From positions 460,960 through 500,959 of the forward strand of contig NZ_JAKXEE010000003.1 in assembly GCF_022603275.1 (NCBI RefSeq): DNA of 40,000 nucleotides. The letters are read 5' to 3'. The notes under the pieces are model-generated. The model ran no database searches, was not told where the DNA came from, and worked only from the letters and a program-made list of their open reading frames with translations. Both the position numbers and the translations under genes were made by a program. Numbering within the stretch: the first letter of the stretch is position 1; each line of letters opens with the position of its first letter. This document shows positions 33,041 through 40,000 of the stretch, piece after piece. This DNA is from Peribacillus sp. Aquil_B1 (GTDB taxonomy: Bacteria > Bacillota > Bacilli > Bacillales > DSM-1321).

Positions 33041-34509
33041 TAGTTATCGCCTCCGCCCTCCGAATTAAATACGTCACTATCGACGAAACTTTCGGATGCT
33101 TCTTCTTCGTTAATCCTTGCGAGCTCGATCCTTGCTTGCTCTTCGGTGTATCCGTGTGTCTCCATGATTGCGTGCAACTGTGATTGCACCGGCTTACCGC
33201 CTGTACGTATTTGCGTAATCTGCGCTTGCTCGTACGCGTCCTCCGGCAATCCATCTTTAAACTTGATTTTCGGGACCGTAACTTCGTAATCTGGTTTCTG
33301 GCTCGACTTGGCATGCTCCAATAATTGCGCAATGAGTAGAACGTGTTTAAGCGCTTTGTCGTAGTACTGGCGTTTCCTGCTCACCTTCGCAAGCAATGGA
33401 TTTAAGCGCCATTTTACGGAGAATCCCGATGCTCCTGACGTGCCGCTATCGGTTTTACCTAGTGCGACCGGAGGTATTTCGGAAACGATTAAAAGATGCT
33501 CGAGCAATAGTTCAAGCTGCTTAAAAGCTGCGTCGAGTTGCCCGTTCCATGTTACGTATTGCGGTACGACTTCGCTTTTATCCATTATTTCAACGACTTT
33601 ATGCTCGCTTGTTTTGAATGTCGGATTACCTTGCGCATCTTCGCCGAGTGTTCCGGAAGGTACGATAAGCAATGGATCCGAATGTTTGTCGAGAATTTCT
33701 GCGATTCTACTGAGGCGGTTGTCAATCTCGGCGAATAACCCTTCGTTCTCACTGATATCGTCAATCCCTTGCCAATCCTCGTCGGTCGAATAGTTGGGAA
33801 CGTGTACGAGTAATGGAAAAGGTACGTCCGTAGATATTTCCCTTTGTTCGTTTACGATTTCGCTTTGAATCTTCCACTCAACGACCGCGTTCTCGAAACT
33901 GGAATTCCTAAAAGGGCTCATCCGGTATTTTGAATACGTAATCTTGCCAGGATAATGCGATTCAACGTTCAATATCCAATCTTGGTCGCCCGTGCCATCG
34001 ACTACCTTCGGCACCGCGATATGGTACGCATATATGCTCGTATCGTCTCCGGCTAAAGTTTCGGGAAATACGTACCCGGCTTTCTGAGCTTCGATAAACA
34101 CTCGATAAGGGTCCGTGTCTTCGTTTAATAGCCCGCCGTATTTCTGGCCCCAACGTATCTTATAGAAGGAATCCCCACGATAAGCATTCGATAAAGCCGA
34201 TTCGTAGTTCGTAATGTGAAGGTCGTTTTCCTCGACTAATCGCTCGATAGCCTTTTGTTCCTTCGAGTTTGAATCCTTGCCCGCGCTATAAACCGGCGTT
34301 TCCATGAAAAGAAAATCCGCTGACTTTTTCGCGATAGTGCCCGGTAAATTGGACGCGATAAAAACGAGGCTTGCTTGTTCCCCCGTTAATACGTCGTTAT
34401 TGAATAAGCTGTGATCCCCTTTAAAAATCAGTTTATTTTTTCGATACCGCTCTACTCGTTCCTGGTGTGTTTGTGGCGGAAAATACTCGCCGACATTAAA
34501 TAGACTCAA
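33040..34509 (-). CDS. Portal protein (SPP1 gp6-like)
   Basis: 489 aa. Follows terL. TTG start with a GGGGGTG Shine-Dalgarno. Confidence 0.88.
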   Translation of the reverse strand: MSLFNVGEYFPPQTHQERVERYRKNKLIFKGDHSLFNNDVLTGEQASLVFIASNLPGTIAKKSADFLFMETPVYSAGKDSNSKEQKAIERLVEENDLHITNYESALSNAYRGDSFYKIRWGQKYGGLLNEDTDPYRVFIEAQKAGYVFPETLAGDDTSIYAYHIAVPKVVDGTGDQDWILNVESHYPGKITYSKYRMSPFRNSSFENAVVEWKIQSEIVNEQREISTDVPFPLLVHVPNYSTDEDWQGIDDISENEGLFAEIDNRLSRIAEILDKHSDPLLIVPSGTLGEDAQGNPTFKTSEHKVVEIMDKSEVVPQYVTWNGQLDAAFKQLELLLEHLLIVSEIPPVALGKTDSGTSGASGFSVKWRLNPLLAKVSRKRQYYDKALKHVLLIAQLLEHAKSSQKPDYEVTVPKIKFKDGLPEDAYEQAQITQIRTGGKPVQSQLHAIMETHGYTEEQARIELARINEEEASESFVDSDVFNSEGGGDN

Positions 34510-34528
34510 TACCGCACCCCCTAATGAT

Positions 34529-36355
34529 TTATGTTCCTGTTGGCTTCGTTTTATATGTCCTGCGCATCCTCCCGCCGCCGATTACGCTGATTACTCCGGC
34601 CAAACTATCCGGTAAATCGTCATGCTGGCCCGTTGGGAATTGCTCTAATTGCTCTAATAACAAGCTGTGATGCTTATTGAAACGCAAAAAGCCACTTTCA
34701 CAAAGAGGCTCCAATGCTTCTATTCGCTTTTCTTTCTGTGTTCCGTGGTGTCCGATTGGCTTAAGTTTTGTACGAAAGTAAATACGTTCCTTCGCTAATC
34801 GTTCGCTTAATTGTCGGTGCATGTCGTGTCCAAGGCCGATCGTCTCTACGGCAAAAACAACGTGCTGGAATTCCTTTATTTTCTCGACTGCCTTATCAAG
34901 CGCTTTGTGTGCGAGGCACTTTTGCGCCCAAGCGTCCACGATATAGATAACGCCAGTCACTCGATTCCTTGCTATCGTAACTATCGCGTTATAATCTGAG
35001 CGAGAATTCTTGCCGGCTGCGATGTCCCAATAAGCGTAATAGTCTAACGGCATCCTGCGACCGTTATCGTATAAATCAGACTCGTCGAAATAACGGAACG
35101 TGCTCGGATTGAATATTTGCGATTCCTCATCGCGCGGCTCGTTCTGATATTCCGTATTAAAGGCTTTTGAGCCATTCGACCACTTCCATGTTAATAGCTT
35201 CCATATGGACTGTACTTCCGGCCATAGTACCTCGACCCCTTCGTCCATTTCCGCTTTGTTTGCCTCGTAGAATTCGCGGGCTTTTGGTTCGCGTTCATTA
35301 ATCGGAATGGAATCGCTTTGATATATCGATTTGCATTCGTCCCATAAGTCCATACGGTCCGGCTCTTTAATAAGAGCGCGATACTTCTTCGATTGGAAGT
35401 CGGCGCGATTGTGTATTAAGTCATTGAGCAAACTTGCTTCGTGTACGACCGTTCCCATTACGATAAAGGCCGTCTTCTCGCCTTTCGCATCTCCTAACGG
35501 CATGACCGTCTGAGCCATCCAATCCTTAAGCTTTTCGCGTTGCTCGTTCGTGCTTGCGTTGGTCTTAATATCTTCGAGGTCATCCCCGATAATTAAGTCC
35601 GGACGTACGCCCTGCCAATTTCGGCCCCTGAGCGCTTGGCCCGTGGATGCCGCTTGAACCATCGTTAAAAGCTTCGGCGTTCCTTCTTTGCCCTGCGGCT
35701 CCCATGCGATAAAGCTTGTCGTATTATCCTTCGGGTTTAATTGTTGCTTCGGCGATAATAGAGGTCCGAAATCCTCGCGAAGCTTTGCGTTATTTTTAAG
35801 CTGCGTTGCCAGCCATTCAAGATTCGGTTCCGATACGGAAGGAGTTTCCGAAATGATGATTATATATTTACGCTTGCGAAAACAGGTTTCTCTCAGTGGT
35901 GCGGCCTTACTTAAATACGAACTTTTTCCGTGACTTCTAGGTGCTGCGCGTGCAATCTTGGCGTTTTTATTCTCGTTTGATACTTCGTCAATACTGGCGC
36001 ATATTTCACGGTGAAACTCCGCCCCTGCTTCCGCTGACTCTAATTCGAAACCGTCCCAATTCCCACCATTTCCGGGATTAAAGGGCTCGCTAAAGTATTC
36101 GAGTGAGAAGTAAAGCAAGTCGACCTCTGCGCGATGTATCCGTTTAAGTCGTTCTAGTTCGTCCATAAAGCCTTCAAGTTCTACGTAATCGGCCGGAGTA
36201 AAGTCGCCATCGCTTTCCTTTGCGAGCATGATATCGATTAACTCTGCCGTGCTGTCGATTAATTCTTGGCGTTCTTCGCGCCCGATCCATTTTCCGCTAA
36301 CCCATGCGATAGCGACCGCCTCCTTTCCGTTTAGTTTTATTACCGCTGAAATCAC
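34529..36355 (-). CDS. terL: Terminase large subunit (start codon uncertain)
   Basis: 608 aa. Walker A-like APRSHGKSS. Walker B LIIGDDLED. C-terminal RNase-H-like nuclease region (WDIAAG...). GTG 36355 has no Shine-Dalgarno. The first in-frame ATG is 36229. A strong Shine-Dalgarno at 36319-36328 precedes an in-frame ATC at 36310. Confidence 0.88.
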   Translation of the reverse strand: MISAVIKLNGKEAVAIAWVSGKWIGREERQELIDSTAELIDIMLAKESDGDFTPADYVELEGFMDELERLKRIHRAEVDLLYFSLEYFSEPFNPGNGGNWDGFELESAEAGAEFHREICASIDEVSNENKNAKIARAAPRSHGKSSYLSKAAPLRETCFRKRKYIIIISETPSVSEPNLEWLATQLKNNAKLREDFGPLLSPKQQLNPKDNTTSFIAWEPQGKEGTPKLLTMVQAASTGQALRGRNWQGVRPDLIIGDDLEDIKTNASTNEQREKLKDWMAQTVMPLGDAKGEKTAFIVMGTVVHEASLLNDLIHNRADFQSKKYRALIKEPDRMDLWDECKSIYQSDSIPINEREPKAREFYEANKAEMDEGVEVLWPEVQSIWKLLTWKWSNGSKAFNTEYQNEPRDEESQIFNPSTFRYFDESDLYDNGRRMPLDYYAYWDIAAGKNSRSDYNAIVTIARNRVTGVIYIVDAWAQKCLAHKALDKAVEKIKEFQHVVFAVETIGLGHDMHRQLSERLAKERIYFRTKLKPIGHHGTQKEKRIEALEPLCESGFLRFNKHHSLLLEQLEQFPTGQHDDLPDSLAGVISVIGGGRMRRTYKTKPTGT

Positions 36356-37175
36356 GGCTATGTAAGACTGCCACCGGTCCGCTTCGTTGAGTGGCGTAGG
36401 CAGTTCGATTATTCCTACCGTTAGGCATGCGATAGGAATTCAGAGTTTAAAAATGATGCGCGGATTAATTCTGCACTAATCCTAGGAAATCGGAAGGCCC
36501 GACCCCCTTGCGGCCCCCTCTCGGATCGTCTTGCGGAGGGCACCCGGCGGCCATTCGTTAATAAAAATTAATTATAATAACGTTTTATTATTTATTTTCT
36601 CGCGTACGTACGTATATGCCACGCTATCCCTTGCGTATGGATGCGGTAGGGCAGGCGGTCGGCAGGCGCTAGGCTTGCGGTGTGCTTGCTTCGTCGGCCG
36701 GCGCAGTACTGTCGAGTGTGCATGCGATGTGTAGCTCGGAGCTGTGCGGTACTGCCAGTCGGTAGCCCTGCGGTGTGCAGGCGGTAGGCTTATCGTAGCC
36801 CCTGCGGATATGCACCGACACTCCCTCCGTTTATACACCGGCATACACTCGGTATTCAAAACCTTGTTTACATAATAGATATACGCGGTAGTTCTCCGTT
36901 TGCACAAACGCTGTCGTACCGCCGTTCTTCGACTGCACATTTATTATCGAATATACACCGTTATATACATCGTTGATATAGCGCGGTTTATGGCGCCGGT
37001 GTTCGCATCGTGCCGCCGATTGGACTGCATAAAGGAAACGCCGAAAAGTTTCGAGGAGGGCACGCGTCAGATACCCGCAACCGATGTAATCAGCCGAAAG
37101 TATATCCGTAATGCACAACGTTAAACAGTCCGATATAAGCCACCGTGACAAGTTCCTTCATATATAATAGTCCGC
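36356..37175 (-). other. 820-bp non-coding, GC-rich, repeat- and hairpin-rich spacer between terS and terL (function unknown)
   Basis: No ORF with an ATG or Shine-Dalgarno. Decamer family ATAT(A/G)CACCG (plus sense) at 36614, 36808, 36831, 36879, 36951 and 36963. Permuted 22-nt unit at 36662-36685 and 36768-36791. AT island at 36558-36600. Hairpins at 36412-36438 and 36462-36482. Confidence 0.6.
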
Positions 37176-37574
37176 TTATTCCTCCGTTGTGGATTCGTTA
37201 GTCTTACGCATTGCTGCTATCCTCGCCTTAACTGCATCGAGGCTCTTATCCGTACTCACTTCCGCATTAACTTCGACTCTATCCGTAAGCATATCGTTAG
37301 CTGTAAGGATTAGCTTGGCGGCGGCTGCGTTCCTATCTTCGACTACTGCGTTAATCATTGCGTCCATCATCTCCGGTAATCTGTCCTGAGTACCACGTAT
37401 AACCTCACGTTTAAATTCCCTTTCGAATAACGGATCCTTCCGCCAGTTAAGCAAAGTATTAACGTGTATGTCGCACTCCTTCGCAATCTGTTCGAATGTT
37501 AGACCGCCACGTTTAGGCGTAGCCAGTAGCGCCATTGCCTTATAATGTTCTGGTCCTAGTTGTGATAATGTCAT
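37176..37574 (-). CDS. terS: Terminase small subunit (phBC6A51-type HTH protein)
   Basis: 132 aa. N-terminal HTH (LTFEQIAKECDIHVNTLLNWRKDPLF). Sits at the head of the packaging module. Confidence 0.75.
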   Translation of the reverse strand: MTLSQLGPEHYKAMALLATPKRGGLTFEQIAKECDIHVNTLLNWRKDPLFEREFKREVIRGTQDRLPEMMDAMINAVVEDRNAAAAKLILTANDMLTDRVEVNAEVSTDKSLDAVKARIAAMRKTNESTTEE

Positions 37575-37718
37575 CGTCTTTCCCTCCTTTGATTTCGTAC
37601 TCCTTGCGAGATATATAGCTTAATGAGTAAACGTTCTAGTGCGTTCATTGCGTTAACTCCTCCGTTTAGTAGGTGCGATTTCATATACTGCATAGTTAGG
37701 TTTTAAGGTGCAAAAAAT

Positions 37719-37776
37719 AATACACTGCTTTTAGGGAACAAAATCCCGGAAATACACTGCTTTTAGGGAACAAAAT
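37719..37776. repeat. Two perfect 26-bp direct repeats (AATACACTGCTTTTAGGGAACAAAAT) spaced 32 bp start-to-start, next to an AT-rich tract
   Basis: Copies at 37719-37744 and 37751-37776. An AT-rich tract follows at about 37770-37870. All of this lies inside the 476-bp intergenic region between the 310-aa gene and terS. Confidence 0.85.
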
Positions 37777-38050
37777 AAAAAAGGTAAAATCACTATATAT
37801 GGTATGATTAACGTTTATATTACAAGGTTTATTTACTACATATTGTGTTTTTGCTCATTTATTCAGAATTCTATCCCTCTTAATCAGTACTAACTCTAAG
37901 GGCTTGAACCCTGCGCTCCATGAACAAAGAGCATGTTCATTTCGCGCCAAATGTTTTCTCTTTTAAGAACCTACGAAAAGGGAATATATATAGGGCAAGT
38001 AAGGCACGTTAGGGCCGGCTTGCAATGTCTTAGGTCGGAACGACTTACGC

Positions 38051-38983
38051 TTAGTTAAACATCGCCTTAACCGCTTTTAATGACTCGGCGTTACCTGCGT
38101 ATACTACCCGTGGATTAGCGATTATCCTGCGCTGCCTCTTATCGTTAACATTCGGAGGCAACCAAAACACCGGCTTACCGTCAACCTTTGCGGCTTCGAG
38201 CGCAACCTTAAGCTTATGCGTATCCTGGTAGCCAAGCGCAGCCGCTACGTTTTCCAACGACATCGGGCGCAGTTCATCTCCGTTATTCTCCTGCGGATTG
38301 AAGCACGCTATATTCGTATTGAAGTTGAGGAACGGAAGGACCGCGTATATTACCGCTAACTGAGCCGTTTTCTTTCCTTGGTGTAATTCGTATAAGTCCC
38401 GGACTGTCTTGCGGAATAACCGCGTATGTCTGTATTCGTCGAGCTTATCGAGTTTGGCCTCTTTAAGTGATCCGCGATAGAACACGCTAGGATTAACGAT
38501 AATCTCTTTCCCGACTTCCTGTACGATTTGCTCGGTAATCAGCTTTTTAAAGAACGTGCTGAACTTCGGCCTACTTATTCCGATTAGCTTTTCGAGCCCC
38601 TTGCGGTCTATTACGCGACCGTTATCGTATTCCAGGCGACCTGAGCGCCATCCGGTGTATGTCCCGACGAACATTAAGCGAGCTAGGTCCGCCTGTGTTA
38701 ACGAAGGGAAACGCCCGGCCATCGTCGTACACGTCTCGAATAAGGCGAACACAAAGCCGCCGTTCTCCGCTTCATGCTCCTTAAGTTCGTCCGTTACTTG
38801 TTTGCCTCTGCGTTGCTTCTCCGTAGTCTTTACCGCTATCTCTGCGCGATGCGACATGTCTTCGCCGTGTTCGTTGTATACCTTGCCGTCCTTTACGATT
38901 GCGTTTTCCTTAATCGCCATGAAGCCCTTTTTCTGCGGTATCGTTAAGTTATTCCACGCCTGTAGTTCCGTTTGTCTCGTCAT
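38051..38983 (-). CDS. Putative DNA-binding protein with tandem winged-helix-like regions (replication initiator or regulator candidate)
   Basis: 310 aa. Segments LTQADLARLMFVGTY...LEKLIGISRPKFSTFFKKLI and MSLENVAAALGYQDTHKLKVALE look HTH/wHTH-like. I recognise no firm family. Confidence 0.35.
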   Translation of the reverse strand: MTRQTELQAWNNLTIPQKKGFMAIKENAIVKDGKVYNEHGEDMSHRAEIAVKTTEKQRRGKQVTDELKEHEAENGGFVFALFETCTTMAGRFPSLTQADLARLMFVGTYTGWRSGRLEYDNGRVIDRKGLEKLIGISRPKFSTFFKKLITEQIVQEVGKEIIVNPSVFYRGSLKEAKLDKLDEYRHTRLFRKTVRDLYELHQGKKTAQLAVIYAVLPFLNFNTNIACFNPQENNGDELRPMSLENVAAALGYQDTHKLKVALEAAKVDGKPVFWLPPNVNDKRQRRIIANPRVVYAGNAESLKAVKAMFN

Positions 38984-39468
38984 TTTGGAGCCTCCGTTTC
39001 AAATATGTTAATCGTGTTTAAATATGGTTCGTCAATTTCGATTAGTTCGCCCGTAGACATAACGAAAGAACCGCCGCGAATACCGGCGATTTGCTGAAAC
39101 GATTGTTTACTGGCAGGTACGTTGTACTTAGTCGCTAGCCCTGCCGTTTCGATTGCGGCTTTCTTCGTGCTTGCTCGGACGATGTAATGCGTATTTAAGA
39201 AGGATTTATATACGTAGTAGTTTTCGTTGTTGAGGTCGATAACCAGCCCTTTGTTGAGCCGCGCTATCATTTCGATTAATGCCGTTTTAACTTCGGCTTT
39301 CTTGATGCCGTAAGTTGCTGTCGGCGAATATTCTTTGCAAAATAGGATCGTCATTTTTTCGTAAAAGCGATTCGTTGAGTCTTCGCTTAGCTTGTCGAAA
39401 ATGGCATAGTGTACGTTTTGCTTTACGAAATGCTCGAGTCTAAGGCGTAGCGCCCTTTCGTTGCTCAT
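38980..39468 (-). CDS. Hypothetical phage early protein
   Basis: 162-aa ORF, overlap-coupled to both neighbours. Confidence 0.5.
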   Translation of the reverse strand: MSNERALRLRLEHFVKQNVHYAIFDKLSEDSTNRFYEKMTILFCKEYSPTATYGIKKAEVKTALIEMIARLNKGLVIDLNNENYYVYKSFLNTHYIVRASTKKAAIETAGLATKYNVPASKQSFQQIAGIRGGSFVMSTGELIEIDEPYLNTINIFETEAPK

Positions 39469-39731
39469 AGCCCGCTTGGCTTAGCCGCAGAGTATTGTTT
39501 CAAAACGTTATCAAGCCCCGGCGTACGTTGGTAGGCCCAAAACTGGCGGCTCGTGTTCTCGCTTAGCCCCGTACAAAGGAACTTAATCCCCGAAGCTTTA
39601 ATAAAGCGATATTGTGGAGGAGAATATGAAAAATACAGGTCTTTCGTCGTTAATTCTGTCATTACGTTTGCCCCCTTGAATTTAGATAAGTATTTTACGC
39701 CGGTCAGCTCGCCTCGAAATTCTATTTTCAT
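39465..39731 (-). CDS. Hypothetical small phage protein
   Basis: 88-aa ORF. An internal ATG (MTELTTKDLYF) is an alternative start. Confidence 0.45.
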   Translation of the reverse strand: MKIEFRGELTGVKYLSKFKGANVMTELTTKDLYFSYSPPQYRFIKASGIKFLCTGLSENTSRQFWAYQRTPGLDNVLKQYSAAKPSGL

Positions 39732-39782
39732 TCGGTGCCGGCGTGTTTTAATGCTTGTTTTATATGAGTTTGTATGGTATTG

Positions 39783-40000
39783 TTAAGATGCGGATTTATA
39801 CGATAATTTCTTATAAGCGCGCAAAGAAACATCGCCCGTCGATTCGTAAGCCCAATCGTAAAAGTCGCGATACTCGGCCGGTGTCATGTCGCAATGATCC
39901 GCCAAGTGCTTAACGAGCTTATCGAAACGAACCGAATCAACTCCGGCAGTCTCCGCCCATTTAAACAGGTGCTTCGTAAATTTCGAACGATTAAGCGTAG
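39783..40000 (-). CDS. Hypothetical phage early protein, C-terminal 71 codons (gene starts beyond the right edge)
   Basis: Open minus-strand frame from the window edge: ...KFTKHLFKWAETAGVDSVRFDKLVKHLADHCDMTPAEYRDFYDWAYESTGDVSLRAYKKLSYKSAS, stop at 39783-39785. Absent from the track because it has no start in the window. Confidence 0.5.
   Translation of the reverse strand, partial: TLNRSKFTKHLFKWAETAGVDSVRFDKLVKHLADHCDMTPAEYRDFYDWAYESTGDVSLRAYKKLSYKSAS

Larger units (their letters stand above)
12023..40000. mobile_element. Integrated temperate prophage with a PBSX/Xkd-like contractile tail; left junction (attL) at the tRNA-Arg 3' end, right end beyond the window
   Basis: Integrase lies next to the tRNA. 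A complete packaging-head-tail-lysis gene order follows. Nucleotide style changes abruptly (visibly CG-dinucleotide-rich) immediately 3' of the tRNA. Confidence 0.9.

Noticed and set aside
36879-36962. Weak resemblance of NGVYSIINVQSKNGGTTAFVQTENYRVY to the GIY-(10-11 aa)-YIG motif of GIY-YIG homing endonucleases
   Set aside because: The GVY tripeptide is encoded by the recurring CGGTGTATA decamer. The YIG half is imperfect (AFVQT). There is no start codon and no downstream catalytic Arg/Glu/Asn region. At most it is a decayed relic, and I cannot support it without a profile search.
36572-37151. ORFs of 122 aa (36572..36940) and 106 aa (36831..37151) on the minus strand, plus 67-aa and 74-aa plus-strand ORFs, in the terS-terL gap
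   Set aside because: They have no ATG start and no Shine-Dalgarno. The 106-aa ORF has no internal Met either. Composition is Arg/Cys/Tyr/His-rich, and parts are generated by the DNA repeats themselves. I treat them as non-coding.
37900-37911. T-arm-like sequence (minus strand AGGGTTCAAGCCCT) suggesting a phage tRNA
   Set aside because: No complementary acceptor stem, D arm or anticodon arm can be built from the flanking sequence.
14853-39011. Many antisense ORFs of 60-160 aa opposite phage structural genes (for example 16221..16679, 20897..21328, 25318..25776, 26101..26487, 32436..32915, 38556..39011)
   Set aside because: These are shadow ORFs in the frame opposite long, well-supported genes. 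They are Ser/Pro/Ala-rich or low-complexity, and lack Shine-Dalgarno sequences.
1-40000. Screen for CRISPR arrays, rRNA, IS/transposase genes, toxin-antitoxin or recognisable defence-system genes (large ATPases, nucleases, reverse transcriptases)
   Set aside because: None found. No regularly spaced repeat-spacer array, no transposase-like ORF and no reverse-transcriptase motif were seen. The only repeats are those reported above.

Overview
Firmicutes (Bacillaceae-like) chromosome segment with two parts.

**Host region, 1-11.9 kb (all genes on the minus strand)**
- A decayed gluconate locus: the gntK 5' end plus a gntP pseudogene.
- A 12-gene corrinoid salvage/remodelling operon: btuF-btuC-btuD::cbiZ-cbiB-cobD-cobU-cobS-cobC-cobU-like-pduO-cblT-cblS. 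It sits behind a textbook cobalamin riboswitch with a terminator/antiterminator.
- A NodB-type polysaccharide deacetylase lipoprotein.

**Prophage, about 12.0-40 kb, continuing past the right edge**
- tRNA-Arg(CCU) at 11949-12022, with its own sigma-A promoter, is the attachment site.
- The tyrosine integrase is on the plus strand.
- The rest is on the minus strand, in this order: early/replication-like genes, terS, terL, portal, head genes, a PBSX-like contractile tail and baseplate, fibre, holin-amidase.
- After the lysis terminator comes a compositionally distinct two-gene receptor-binding-like cassette.

**Most unusual features**
1. An 820-bp non-coding, GC-rich, repeat-laden and hairpin-rich insert between terS and terL. 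terL also lacks a canonical start.
2. A 476-bp intergenic region upstream of terS with two perfect 26-bp direct repeats and an AT-rich tract.
3. The post-lysis cassette.
4. A CobU-like paralogue and a BtuD-CbiZ fusion in a cobT-less B12 operon.

No CRISPR array, rRNA or IS element was seen. All homology statements come from recalled family signatures, not from database searches.
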